Assembly: GCA_951406725.2 (NCBI GenBank)
Contig: OX597816.1
Location: 156,550,001-156,614,000, forward strand
DNA: 64,000 nucleotides
Reading direction: 5' to 3'
From: Octopus vulgaris
Taxonomy: Eukaryota
The position numbers and the translations under genes were made by a program. This document shows, piece by piece, positions 13,410 to 27,060 of the stretch. How positions within the stretch are numbered: position 1 is the first letter of the stretch; every line of letters starts with the position of its first letter. The notes under the pieces are model-generated. The model ran no database searches. It saw nothing but the letters and a program-made list of their open reading frames with translations, and was not told where the DNA came from.

Positions 13410-14400
13410 TTTACTGATATTCATGTCGATGAACTTTTGAATTTCTAAATTCAATTGTGTTGTTGCAATAAAACGCGTGTTCATGTATTTGGGTAATAGA
13501 TAAAAGTTAAGTTTCCTTGAGGTGTTCGTTTGTCTGTCCAGTTGGAGAATAAAGAAGGACTTTTGCAATGAATAGGATGTTTACATTTCGAATAGTCAGG
13601 GAGAGTCAAAAAGAAAATAAAACAGTTAGTAGATAGTAAAGTTTTAAGATGTACTAAATACGTTCTTTTGTATGACCGCACAGAGAGAAATGGTAGTGTT
13701 CTTAGAATAAAAGCCAGGATGATGTTTACATTTTCGAATACTCAGGTAGAGAGGAAAAGATAAGTCGTCACACATTAGTTGTAGATATTAAAGGGTATTT
13801 TTTAAAAGCTGATCGTTTAAAGCTGAAGGTACGCCTGTTTCTTAACATATTTTATTTTGAAGGAGATTTAAAATATTCACAGGAAATTGTAGATATTCCA
13901 GTCTTTGGGAATAGCAGGATGAAGAGATGTTCACCTTGTTGGGTTTTTGAATTTCCGAACTCTATCTTTTTCTTTTGGAATTTTTCTTTTCGTTTTAAAA
14001 GTCTTGCTGTGGTTTAGAGTTTTTGTAGTTGTACAGTTTGTATATATTGGCAGTTGCTTACTTCCTTAATTTGTTATCGTGCATATAATTGTGTTATTAC
14101 AATAAAAGGCGTGCTTACATATTCTGTTGGTCAGGGAAGCAGGGAAGACAATATGTTCACCCAAAATTGTAGATATTAAAGTTTCTAAATATTTTTGAGG
14201 TGTTCGTTTGTATGTCCAAAGCTGTAGATATGTAAGTTCCTTAACTTATTTTGAGGGAAATTCAAAATACTCACAGAAAACTGTAGATTTTCAGTCTTTT
14301 AGAGTAATTTTTTCAGTTGCCCTGTGTTTCTGCGTTTTCAGCTGCTGACAGGTCAGAGCAGCGAAGTACACGTTTTGCCTATATTATTCTAATTATTCTA

Positions 14401-14494
<94 letters not shown>
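14401..14494. repeat. (ATT)n(AGT)n microsatellite
   Basis: Directly visible. Confidence 0.97.
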
Positions 14495-14496
14495 AT

Positions 14497-14690
14497 AACG
14501 CGTGGGCGAAATTCTTAGCGGTATTTCGTCTGTCTATGTTCTGAGTTCAAACTCCATCGAGGGCGACTTTGCCTTTCATCCCTTCGTGCTCGATAAATTA
14601 AGTACCACTTGCGTATTCGGATCGATGTAATCGATTATCTCCCTCCTCAAAATTTCAGGCCGCGTGCTTGTAATAGAAAATGTTATTATT
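14497..14690 (+). mobile_element. SINE family A variant (alternative 3' tail), diverged
   Basis: GGGCGAAATTCTTAGCGGTATTTCGTC...GACTTTGCCTTTCATCCC...AAATTTCAGGCC tail. Confidence 0.8.
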
Positions 14691-16429
14691 GTTATTATTA
14701 TGTTAATGAGGAAAATGTTATATCGGCACACAAATACTTTTCTGAAAAATATCCATAACGATTTATGCTGTTTCTGTCTGTAAATGTCGCCGTTTAATAT
14801 TTACGTTTCAATCTACTAGGCTTCATAAAATAATGTCACTTTCAATACAGTAATTGGGGTAAATTAATTGCCGAAAATAATAGTATATTTCTTCAATTTA
14901 TTATGTTGTAAATCTCGGGACAACGGTGTTCTGTCGTAGAAATATCAGCTGATATTCCTAAACCAGAATGTAATATTCGCCGGATCTGCCTTGTTTTAAC
15001 TGATTTAATTTAATCCTTGTCAACCAGTAGTCTTGTGAGAGGAAGCCGCAATCTAATACTTATCAGTTATTCATCTTTCATCCGCATATGTTACAAATTG
15101 CCATTATTATAACTTGGAATTATTCTTAACACGCTTGAAGGAAAATGCTTGCGAAGAAACCTTGGAGAATAAATTTGATTATCATAATAGGTTCATGGGC
15201 ATTTTGAATGGCAAATTTTCAATGGAGGGAAAAAATATTTTATCGATCGAACATGTGGGGAAGATGCCTGACAAAATCTCAGAACTTGCATGTATACATA
15301 AACTCTTTAAGTTGTATAAGAAATTACATTGTAAGCTCAGTTCTTCAGAAGTTTATAAGAAAAGGAGAATGAGAAAATGATGTAATTTTATGTGCTAAAT
15401 ATTAGTCAACCGATACGAGTTACAGATTATATAAAACTTTATGTATCTTTGAAAAATTAGTTCATTTAAAGACGTCTACGTTGTTTACAGTGTCTCACAA
15501 TTGAATAGCCGTTAATTTCTGATTAAGATCAGATATATGCAAATATAGTTCATCTACATTAATGATTTCCACTCTTTCAAGTTGTTGTTCATATTTATGA
15601 ATATGTTGCTCAAATTTTATGAATATATTACAATCGAAATGATTAAATCTTAAGATATTGTTTACAAACCTCATGAAACATTTCAGGTCTACACGATTTC
15701 AGGAGATTGATGATTAAATCAGCTAATTATCAATCATTCAAATCGTATTTCACTTTCTTAGTTATTGATGGATTACCCCTACAGAAGTTAATTTGGCTCA
15801 TCACTCACACTATTATTTAATAGAAGAATATACATCACATTCAGAAAACAAGCAATCAGGTAAATAACTAGTAGATGATTTTTATGAACTGTTTGAAAGA
15901 AATACAAAGCGTCGTATTATGGAAGAATCCTTGTGTTGACTGGTTAAATGTCCTGTGTCGTTTGTGATTATAATAGATTTTGTTTATAGTTCTTTAATAG
16001 GATGCGAACAGATTTAGATAAACGTAGAATATATTTCTGATATCTCACTAGAATACACAAAAATATACCCGATTATAAAAAAGTCTGGCAATAAAAGAAT
16101 ATGGTGTATGTATGGCTACTTGGCAATAAAGTATGCTATCTCACTTTATTGACTCATGAATTCGTTCTAAAAGGTTTCAGTTTATAATGTTGCGTTGCAT
16201 ACAATAACTGCAGTAATTGTGTTGCTTTCATGCGCCGTGAAGTAATTCTACATAAATGCATTGCTATTCATTAATGTGTTCATATTGATGTCATTAAGAC
16301 GTGTAATGGACGGAGAAAAATATCACAAAATGCTTTAAAATATTTAAATTTTAAGGTATTTTTGATCTCATCCCTCATATTGTTTGGAGGTCCCTGTGAG
16401 ATAGCGCGCAAAAGTGCATCTTATTGGGA

Positions 16430-17140
16430 TTTTCTCGTCGACGCCAAATATGTTTCTTAATCGAGTTTCACTGATAGAGTGGGACAGAAGACTACAATAG
16501 TCAACATCAAAGACATCAGTGGCGATATCGACTCGTAGTTAGTCACGATCTTCTAAGTAAATATGTTTAGGTGCCCGTGTTGATGTAGCGTTTGCGAGAG
16601 ATGTAGACGTCACTTTAAATGCACAATTCCTTATAGTCAAGCAAGACTACAAAACAATACCAGTTCTCTTGCCTGTTGAAGAAATCAAAATTCACCATCC
16701 ACAACAGACAGTCCAGTCACTAAAAATTAGCGGTAAACGTGATTTAAAGGCTTTGCATCTCCAAATCCTCAAAGAAGAATAACAAAAATTGTAACAAATC
16801 ATAGAAGTTGATGCTCCGAACGCAAAACTGGATTTTTCAAAAGAAATTACCCTGCTCCCCAATACCAGCTGCTAAAACACATGTACCAGATTTCTCAGTC
16901 TCAGCTTGCCGAGAATATTCTGCAACAACAGCAATACGGTATACTAGGAAATCTCCCGGGAGCATCTATTTTCAGCAGCATTAACTCACTGATTTATGAG
17001 AGTGGGGAACATACTGGTACCACATCAGACAAACAGACCTACTTAAAACTTTAAGCAAGCTCAAAGATAGCTATAGATAATGGCTATTAAAATGTGCTTG
17101 GTCCGAAAATACGCGCCTGAAGATGAGGTGCTCCGCAGTA
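16430..17140 (+). mobile_element. Possible decayed Penelope-like element (RT/GIY-YIG remnant)
   Basis: Traces NSLIY...HIRQT (cf. GIY-YIG NLIY...YIGQT) near 16980-17035, and a CTGAAGA core near 17117. Heavily broken. Confidence 0.3.
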
Positions 17141-18172
17141 AGGAAAGTATGAATAAGAGATTGTCTCTTGGGAAGAGGAGAATGTCTCCTGTAAAAGGAA
17201 GCTTATGTCTGGTGAAGCTGAATCTATGTCTCGCCTAACAGAAATGGTCTATAGAATAAACCAAGAAAAATGTAATATTTATATAAAATTCAATGGAACA
17301 ATCCAAACTAAAATCACAAATTGCAAAGAAGAAAGTGTCACGATATTTTGCAATACATGTGACCGTCACGCTTGTAGTCTTCTGCTCTAAATACTGAGAC
17401 ACTAGTGTATAGAGGATATGTGCTTCAAAATTTGAGTTTGAATTCAGGCATTTCTGTAACCCCTATTACGCTGAATTGATATAATATTTCTCAATATGCT
17501 AAAGAAAGATCCTTATTTTCTTAAGAAAACGGTGACTGCTTTTGTTTTCTAAATACCACAGACAAACATATATTGGATCCGCATCCGTATATATTGTTCG
17601 AGGATAGATAAATTGTCTTATGTAACATTGTTTTCCAAACGGAATACTTTTCATGAAGATTTGCTGTGACTTGGCTCTCCATATCACATAGTTGCAGGCA
17701 AACTCGATCTCATCTGCAACGCCATTTATGTTTTAAAATACGCTTTCGCTTGGAAACCGTGCATTATTGTTGGTGGGGTTCTTCCTATTATTATTCACCG
17801 CATAGTTCAAAGTGTTCTGATCATTTTCTGTAAAGAAAATTAATTTTTTTTCTTAATTTAAGTGTTTGCCACTGTCTGCGGTGATACATTTCTTTTTTCT
17901 CATCACTTTGTAGTTAAATGCCAACGTTGTCTTTCTTTCCATTGTGTGCCGACATGTTTGCAAAAAAAGAAAAACTTTGAAGAGATAACAAACTTTTCAG
18001 AACACTGGCTTTTTTTCATCTGTTTTGTATATTTATTTTGAAACAAAATCCAAAATTGTTCACAATGTCCTGTTCCTAATAATTTGAATGCAGAAAAAAA
18101 AAGACATTTCACTGACTTTCATCTTGAAGACATATCACTATTATCAGATCTCGAAAAAGACGTCTTACCTCA

Positions 18173-18271
18173 TAACAACAACAACAAAAACAATTACAAC
18201 AACAACAGCTGCAGCAACAACATGAACAGCAGCAACAGCAACAACAACAACAACGATAATAATAATAATAA

Positions 18272-18302
<31 letters not shown>

Positions 18303-18467
18303 AAGAAGAAGAAGAAGAAGAAGAAGAAGAAGAAGAAGAAGAAGAAGAAGAAGAAGAAGAAGACGACGACGACGAAGAAGAAGAAGAAGAAGAAGAAGAA
18401 GAAGAAGAAGAAGAAGAAGAAGAAGAAGAAGAAGAAGAAGAAGAAGAAGAAGAAGAAGAAGAAGAAG
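18173..18467. repeat. (AAC)/(AAT)/(AAG)n compound microsatellite
   Basis: Directly visible. Confidence 0.98.
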
Positions 18468-18489
18468 CAATGACCGGAGAAGCTCTTCA

Positions 18490-21320
18490 AAAATGTGGCA
18501 GATGGGGAATATGGCTACATAAAATAACAGTTGAACAAGAGATAGTAGAATGATAGATGAATCATCAGAAATAATGAAATAGTGAAGAGGATGAAAAAGA
18601 AGTTTTACTTCAAGTTGGAAAAGGATATTACATGGTAGTAAAGAAGCTTACTTGAATGCTGAATGATACGAAATAGGGATGATAACGAGATTATTGACTT
18701 TGAGAAAAATCTGCATAATATTGCAAAGAGTTTGGAAAAAGTATCGATGAAAATCGTAGTTCGGAATATAGCAGATATAAAGGACTTCAATAATACATAT
18801 TCTCTGTTTATGAGAAATTTCTTGGACTAAAAATATCAAGCAAAAGACATGGGAAAAAGAGCTATGGGGAATAATGGAGACACGAGAATCATGACGTACG
18901 GATCAGAAGGTATGTAAAGTTAAAAGTTGTTTAATATAGATAAGAGAAGACATGGAAAAGAATTCCGAAGAAAGTATAAGATGACACACAAAGGATGACA
19001 AGTAGCTAAAGGAAATATAAACTGAAAATGATATGGCCACATCGGCTGGAAAAATAAACAAGGCACTAACAAAGAGTAAATTACTTTCAGGTGAACAGGC
19101 TCTTCAGAAACAATGAAAGGAAATTTTACCAATATCTGATCAATGAGAATGAACATCAGGAGAATGAAGTGCCGAATGCTGAACCAACTAGGAACATTTG
19201 GTCAAATATCTGAGGCAAAGAGATATACCATAACAGTGAGGGGGACTGGTTATTGAAATTTTAAAAGGGAAATGCGTAATAGACCAAAGAAAGAAATCTT
19301 AAATATTATACGAAAGAATATGAAAAGATGCTTAAAAAGATACCAAAGCGGAAAGCTGCAGCACAAGATAGGAAAGTATTCACCGATGATAGCTTAGATA
19401 TCACACATGTATGCAAAGCTACATATAACCGTTTCTTACTGAATGTAGTGAAAACAGATACAAAAAAAGGGAGACAGTCTTAATATAGAATAATTAAGAA
19501 AAGGAAGAAAGTTTAGTAATTATAAGCCTATTACATGCTTACAATCGCTAAGGAAATTACAGAGTGGGCTCACTGTAAATGAACAGTATATCTTTCTGGA
19601 AGAGAATCTATTGCGGAAATATAAAAGTTAGGTAAAACAATCAAGAGAAACTGTTGATATACTGTATATACATAACATCCAACTAACTGAAGTGATTAGA
19701 ATTTAGCTGTCGATTGAATAAACTATAAGAAATACGATGATTTACCACGCTGGTGGCTTTTGTAGTGCCTGCAGACACTCGGGGGTCGGTCAGTATGAAA
19801 ATTGACAGATCTATTTTTTCTTAAAGAGATATCAGTGATAATATGGGATGTAGAACTAAACTGCAGAAATGAATCTTTTGGAAATGTGAAATGAGGCGGA
19901 GACATAACTCATGGAGACTCGCCCTCGACATTACATTGCATTAATTCCTTTTAACAAACATAAAGAGAAACTCCAAGTCTGTTTATGGGCTTCCTGAAAC
20001 TAGAGGGAGAAATATATCACTTTCCATATATGGAAAGCTTCAAAATGTATACTAGAGGTGAAAAGTCCTGGATTCTATAGTCCACTACGCACTAATATTC
20101 AGCAATATTTGTACGGTTTCTGTTAAATAAAATTTCAACTTTAATTATGAAAAGGTAGCGTAAGATTAAATCTGATCGCGTAAAGATATCCCAAGATATC
20201 ATTAGATAGCTGAGCGAGAGGGAAAGATACAAGTACCTACAGGTACAATAAGATGATAAGAATATGGAATGAGAAATGAGAGAGATGATCTCCAATGAGT
20301 ACACGATAATGTTTATGAAGGTGTGCTCGAAAACAGAACTAGAGATAATCTCAGTAAGACAATAAGCACTTGGTCTATGCCAGTGTTCAGATAATCTGTT
20401 CCTTTTCTTAAACTAAACAGAGATGGAACTATATGAATTTGCTATAGCAATTAGGAAGTTCTTCACAATGTGAAATGCACATTACACTAAATATAATATG
20501 AACAGGCACTGCTTAGAAACAAAGGTGGCAAATGTTCGTTAAATGCAGAAGACACTATTAGTACTGCGATATAGGGTATGAGAAACTAAGTTGAGCATAG
20601 GAGAAATAGAATATTATTTGCAGCCAGAAATATTGAAGATGTCACTGAAACAGTGAGAGACTTCAGCAATAGGGAAAAGAATAACAGAACAGATAGCTGG
20701 GAAAAGAAGAGATTACATGGTGAATTCATACAACAAGCAAAAGATTTTGAAAAGAAGGAAGGTAAAACAAATAACTTAGACGCTGATTACAGCCACTCAG
20801 AAACAAACCACTAGAATAAATTTAATAAAGAATTGTCCTTATTAAATTAATAAAACTCAGATAGCAAATACATGATGTATAGAGAAGGGACAAAGGTATA
20901 AGTTATCTACTCAGTGAATGCAGTAAGCTAGTGCAAAGAAAGTATAAGCACAAGTATAGCTGTGTCCCAAAATCAGTGTACCAGGTTTGATTGTCCTTGG
21001 CCATAGATCTGTGCTATTAATATTCATGCGTTCAAGAAGTTAGTCAATTCGACGTAATGGGAAAATAGTATGAACACGTGTTGTGATAGTAAAGGGTAAT
21101 TGTTGGAGTTTATGAGATTTCTCCATATAGTCTGGCCATATTACTGAGGCAAGGAGACCAGATATGATCATAAAAGGTAATAAAAAGAAAACTATTCTAA
21201 CCAAATCATATCAGATTTTACAATACCATATTGCCATAGCTGGATATCAAAGAAATTGAGAATATAGAGAAATATCAGCACCAAGACTGAGAGATAAAAA
21301 TATGGCATATGTATTGACTA
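18490..21320 (+). mobile_element. Decayed R4/Dong-like non-LTR retrotransposon (RT plus RLE region)
   Basis: Remnant motifs in the expected order: NYKPITCL (about 19520), NYKK..D.PRWWLL*CL (about 19720), GDSPS (about 19915), HFPYMESFKMY (about 20020), YKYL (about 20230), SECSKLVQ..YK (about 20915), RRPD (about 21150). Trinucleotide tracts at both ends. Confidence 0.8.
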
Positions 21321-21327
21321 TTTGACG

Positions 21328-21343
21328 TTGATGATGGTGATGG

Positions 21344-21404
<61 letters not shown>

Positions 21405-21409
21405 GGTGG

Positions 21410-21468
<59 letters not shown>

Positions 21469-21512
21469 GCGATGGTGACGACGACGAGGATTATGATGAT
21501 GATGATGTTGAT
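21328..21512. repeat. (ATG)n/(GTG)n microsatellite
   Basis: Directly visible. Confidence 0.97.
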
Positions 21513-22252
21513 GACCAACTTCAACAATAAAGGAAAAAATGCTAAAAAAAAAAAACCATATTGTGATATGAGATTAAAGTTCGACTTGGGGAAAAATGCG
21601 TCACGGCAACATTGAAGAGATGAAAATTAATTAAGAATACTAATATCTTGCTAGATAAAGAAAGTGAGATAAGAGAATTACACCAAACGCAGACACTCGA
21701 ATGCTTAGAAATCAATCAGCCAGAATGTGCAGCGCACACACGAATACTACAGACGCATTAGTTAAGTATTTAAGCAAGCAGCTAAATGAATGAAAGGAAA
21801 AAAAAACAGGTTAAATACATATTTAAGCTCACCCATTAATCTGTAACAGTTATAATATTATAAAATAGGACTGTAAATGTCAAACTTAGAAAAACAAGCA
21901 AATAACTACACTTAGAATACTCCACCCAGAGTATTTACTACAATTTCAGGTTGGTCGGTGCTGTACCCATTAAAAAAAACAATACAACATATTCACTCTA
22001 GAACTAAATACAAATACCTTATGCAGAATGTTTAAAAATGAATGCTAAATTTACGAAACACAAACGAGGTAAACAATCTGGGTCTGTTTTTGTTTGTTTT
22101 TTTATTTTTTGTTGTGTTTTTTTTTGCTTAGGAAGACAATAATAACAAAAAGAGAAGGAAATTTTATGACAGAACGGAAACGAGAAGTTTGGAGAAACTA
22201 AAATCTAAGCTAAACTGAGACTACATGATATCACATGACATAGTTGGCCAAT

Positions 22253-22672
22253 ACTCTTTACTCTTTACTCTTTTACTTGTTTCAGTCATTTGACTGTGGC
22301 CATGCTGGAGTACCACCTTTAGTCGAGCAAATAGACCCCAGGCTTTATTCTTTGTAAGCCTAGTATTTATTCTATCGGTCTCTTTTACCGAACCGCTAAG
22401 TTACGGGGACGTAAACACACAAGCATTGGTTGTCAAGCGATGTTGGGGGGACAAACAAAGACACACAAACATATACACACATACATTATATATATATACA
22501 TATATACGACGGGCTTCTTTCAGTTTCCGTCAACCAAATCCACTCACAAGGCTTCGGTCGGCCCGGGGTCATAGTAGAACACACTAGCCCAGGGTGGCAC
22601 GCAGTGGGACTGAACCCGGAACGATGTGGTTGGTAAGCAAGCTACTTACCACACAGCCACTCCTTTGCCTAT
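22253..22672 (-). mobile_element. SINE family B, full length
   Basis: Tail (ACTCTTT)n, body GAACCGCTAAGTTACGGGGACG, head CTTACCACACAGCCACTCC. Confidence 0.93.
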
Positions 22673-22689
22673 AACCACACAAGCACTCC

Positions 22690-23191
22690 TATGTCTATAT
22701 TTCGGCATTATACAATCAAAACTGCTGACGAATTGTACAAGCACCACCTTGAGGCTGTAACTAAGGAAGAAAGTATATCTATTCTTTGGGACTACCTAGT
22801 AAGTGCAGACCGGACCATCAAAGCAAATAATCCAGATATTGTTGTGAAAGACCAAAAGAATAAATTCTGTTTATTGATTGACAGGAGCATACCCATGCAG
22901 GAAGTGCAAGAGATTGTCTTAACTGTTACGTCACACGTACTGAGAAGAGCTTTGTTGCTGTGAAATTTCTTTCCCCTTTCCGCATTTATTTACTTTGTTT
23001 ACTTTTTTATTTCTTTATTTTTTATTTTTCTCTGACTTTCTTCCTCGTTTTCACTGACACATGACTTTGTAAATGAACCATTTTTGGAGTGTTTACTTTA
23101 ATGGTTTATCAATGTATACAGTGCGTTTTTCTGCCCTAGGTCTCAGGAAAATACTTGGCAAGAAATGGCAATAGAATTGTATGATAATGAA

Positions 23192-23192
<1 letters not shown>
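22690..23192 (+). mobile_element. RLE non-LTR retrotransposon 3' end with 3' UTR and (AAT)n tail
   Basis: SILWDYLVSADRTIKANNPDIVVKDQKNKFCLLIDRSIP...HVLRRALLL* (PD..D endonuclease motif). Ends at an (AAT)n tract. Confidence 0.85.
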
Positions 23193-23250
<58 letters not shown>

Positions 23251-23269
23251 CAGCAATAACAATAATAAG

Positions 23270-23303
<34 letters not shown>

Positions 23304-23322
23304 GCAATAATATAATAATAAT
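23191..23322. repeat. (AAT)n/(AAC)n microsatellite
   Basis: Directly visible. Confidence 0.97.
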
Positions 23323-23899
23323 ATCGGTGAAATGGGATAAAGGAACCTGTTGAATACTTGAAAGAAACAGCATTTTAATGAAAATAATCACAAAAGCGAA
23401 CTTTTACTGCCATACACAGCAAAGTTTCTCCTATGCACTGTCTCAGAGAAACGTGTGTGAAACACACACGAAATCAAAATCAGAAAGTTTAAAAATTATA
23501 AAATATAAATGGAACAAAACAGTAAATACATAAATTGATTAATTACGCATACATTCGAAAGTCTACACAATCATATATACATTTTAATACCCATAGGACT
23601 ACACATAGTTCCCAATGTTTACTCAGCTATGCGAAATTTACATGACACACATACACGCACATGAAAACACGAATCACAAACGAAGCAAAAAATAAACAAA
23701 ATAATTTTTTACTCTTCGAACTAACACAGAGTGAATAATTCATAAGTTTAAAAACATCACAAAAAATTAAGCCCAGAGATAAATCTATAAAAATTATGCA
23801 GACGAATACAGATCTGTTAGCCTTAAGAAGCTATATTACGAGCAATGTTTTCATTCAGAGAACTCGGAGCCGGTGTTGTCTCAAACATTTAACCCTAAA

Positions 23900-25350
23900 C
23901 AGAGAGATCCGTCCCCTAATGTCAACGTAAAATGTCGTCTTGCCCCAATGATAACAAAGCAAAATAGAAACCGAGTCCACCGTCACCCGGTTCATCAAGG
24001 ACCGCGTACTCGTATGATGAACCAGATCGGGTACGAAAAATCAGCTACTGGTTCAAATCTTCCCGAAACTCAGGAACTGGAAGTACCCCACCACCGGAAT
24101 ATTCCAACACATAGCCATCCACGGTCGATATCAAATAACCAAAGCAAAAGAATGGAAAATGGTGAGATAACAAAAAAGTTCTTACGGTCTTCTGTGATGC
24201 CATGTATTTCCCGACAAATAAATCTATTACTGTACGAACCTACTTAAATTGGGGACAGAAACACCTTGAACTAAGACCGTACATAGGCAGTAAAACAAAC
24301 TTGCCAACGTCAGAAGAAGCATCGGGAAAAAGAAATTACTGACTGAATTAGAGTTTGACCAAATTAAATAATCAGAAAGCGATAAAGGGAACGAAGTTCC
24401 GACTAAAGAAGATACTACTGAGGATATAATTATAGACCAAGCCAGGTCTGATGAAAATAAATGCAATAATGATTGAAAGAGTTAATGTAACTGATACGCA
24501 AAGTGGAATACTTTCTGAACCAACCCTACACACTAAGGCAGAAGAAAGTCAAATAGCTGAAGAAAGTCAGACAGAAATTAATTGGCCCAACAGAACTATA
24601 TGATCAAAAACATCAAATCATGATTGAATGGCTGAAAATTGAAGAAACCAGTATGAATGAATCCGTCACTCTCTCAAAAGTTCGTAATTCGAACCAAAAT
24701 CTGAAAGTAATTGGTAAAATCTGCCTTGCATTTAAGGATATAATTTCAGCGAATCAACGATTGTATATGTGGTCAACAGATTAGAAAACGACAACATTCC
24801 CAGAAAAAGCGTACTTGGCTAGAGCGTATTCAACATCAAATTCAGCTACTAAGGTCTGATATAGAATGTTTAAATCCCTTAAGTATGACAAGTCTATCAA
24901 ACCAACAAAAATTCGAAAATATGAAAACCATAATTGTCATCGATACAACCCTAGAAATAACCTAGCAAAAGATATGAAAAGTGCATTAGATTTTCAAGGA
25001 CAGCAACATGATAAAATTAACCCCCAAACATTTTACAGGAATATAGGGAAAATGCCATTTACAGTAAAGTCTGTCCCGTCAAAAGAAGTGCAGGAATTTT
25101 GGAATAAGATTTGGGCAGAAGAAAAACACACAATGAAAAGACCCCTGGGATTGACTGAGTATCTATAGATTTAGACTACTTAGAAAAGCAAAAGCGGGAG
25201 GTTATCAAGGTACAGGCAGTAAGCTCTGCTCTCGGGAATTCAATCAAATGGAAGTCTCCAGGCAAGAATAATATTCCTAACTTCTAGTTGAATGCCTTCC
25301 TAGAGAGCCATGATCAAAACTTTACAACAATGTTTTGTACCAACCTAGTA
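23900..25350 (+). mobile_element. Decayed 5' half of an R4/Dong-like non-LTR ORF
   Basis: NKLANVRRSIGKKKLLTELEFDQIK (about 24295), PQTFYRNI...QEFWNKIWAE (about 25020-25120), KWKSPGKNNIPNF* (about 25245). Confidence 0.75.
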
Positions 25351-25357
25351 TGATTCC

Positions 25358-25405
<48 letters not shown>

Positions 25406-25459
25406 ATACTACTACTACTACTAATACTGTTGCTACTTCTACTACTACTGTTGCTGCAT

Positions 25460-25500
<41 letters not shown>

Positions 25501-25563
25501 GCTAGTAGTAGTAACAGCAGCAGCAACAGTAGTAGTAGTAGTAGTAGTAGTAGTAGCAGCAAC

Positions 25564-25600
<37 letters not shown>

Positions 25601-25616
25601 ACAGTACTAGTAGTAG
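25358..25616. repeat. (CTA)n tract directly followed by its reverse complement (TAG)n
   Basis: The strand switches near 25500 (CTGCTAGTAG). Confidence 0.93.
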
Positions 25617-25619
25617 AGA

Positions 25620-26750
25620 AGAAGAAGGAGAAGAGTCTCGAAGACGAAAGAGAAGAAATTGAAAGCATAAAATCTGTAACAAAGGCAACTTATTGTTCCA
25701 AGGGAAAGTGGCGTGGACTAAAAGGCGATGAACGGCTCAGTAATTAATAATTCTAAATACAGATTCAAGTTTTGAAACAATTAGATTTATCGAAGGAAAA
25801 TTTGAAATAGATTCGGCGATATGAAGGAATTTGGTAACGAAGCCAAGAAGAATTACCATCATAATGCTGAAGACTATCATTGAGAGGAAGAAATTTAATG
25901 ATATTTAGAGAAAGACAATGACCAGTATCAATAACATCAATGACCTGTTAAGTTCTGATGACTCAGTTATCACAGAAATTCTAGGTATTCAACTTGAAAG
26001 TCAAAGATAAAAAAAAATTAAAGAAGAGAGGAGAGCTATGCGGAAAATATAAATTGGAAAATATGTAAAAGTCCTAAAAATTTGCAGTTTTGTATTGACA
26101 AATGGTGCCATGATTGTAATAAAGAGATGATAAAGAGGAAATTACGGGATGATCTGTCTTTGAGATAACAAGGAAATAGAAGGAGAAGTGAGTGAAATAA
26201 ATATTTAGGCACATTGCAAGATAAGGTAGGGAAACCTTAGAAAATTAAGATTAATGATAGGAGAAAATAAAAATGGAATACCAAGTTTTTGGAAGAAATT
26301 TAAATGGAATGGACATTATTACTGAGATAATCATCTGGGCATTACAAATATTGAGATATTGTGCATCCTTCGTTCGGTGGATGAGAAAAAAAGTAATGAA
26401 ATGGATAGTCACATCAAACAAGAGATAAAGAACAATGGGTTTCGTGCATTCGATAGTTAGAAGATGAGAAGAAAAGAGAGAGACGAATATATATCAATGG
26501 AACATTATACACTTTGCCGTTGTAGGGCAACATATACAAGAACGGAGAAGAATCAGATGCGAATAAATCGACACAAGAAATGACTATAAAATAGAATAAA
26601 TAGATATAATAAATCTTGAAAGTAAAACTGATCAATCGAAAGTTAGATAAACAAAATAAAGGACTAATTGAAGCACAAAAAGATATTATTCTCATAGAGA
26701 AAAATAGCAAAATACGCGGGATTGTATGTTTTGCTGTAACACGTTACTTC
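25620..26750 (+). mobile_element. Very decayed RLE non-LTR remnant
   Basis: KYLGTLQ (about 26200) and IIWALQILRYCASFVRW (about 26330) resemble post-RT motifs of the same clade. Confidence 0.45.
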
Positions 26751-26950
26751 AGAGGAGAACAGAATAAAACAGACACCACTTTACAATAAGCATAGTTGAT
26801 CATATATCTGAGAAAACACTTTATAACTGAGAGGAAGCTTAACTCGTTTGTAAAATGTGTGATAACAATATTAAACCAATTGTTTAAAAAATAAGACATT
26901 GGCCATTAGATCCGGATAGAACGATTGAGTGTCTTTCACAAGACAGAAAG

Positions 26951-27060
26951 TCTACGATAGCTAAGGTGATTCCTACAGATAGCTCATTCTCGCAATTTCG
27001 GCTGCTGCCGAAATTGCGCTGTAGGAATCACCTTAGCTATCGTAGAAATTGCGAGGATGA
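26951..27060. repeat. Nested inverted repeat (28-bp perfect arms plus an inner 11-bp stem)
   Basis: TCTACGATAGCTAAGGTGATTCCTACAG (26951-26978) pairs with CTGTAGGAATCACCTTAGCTATCGTAGA (27019-27046). Inner CGCAATTTCGG/CCGAAATTGCG. Confidence 0.95.

Noticed and set aside
17300-17390. Cys-rich peptide CKEESVTIFCNTCDRHAC (B-box or piggyBac CRD-like)
   Set aside because: Too short and truncated, with no adjoining domain or clear splice context.
17735-18080. Possible minus-strand exons (acceptor-like sites near 17828 and 18076)
   Set aside because: No recognisable protein and no convincing donor. Such sites are common in AT-rich DNA.
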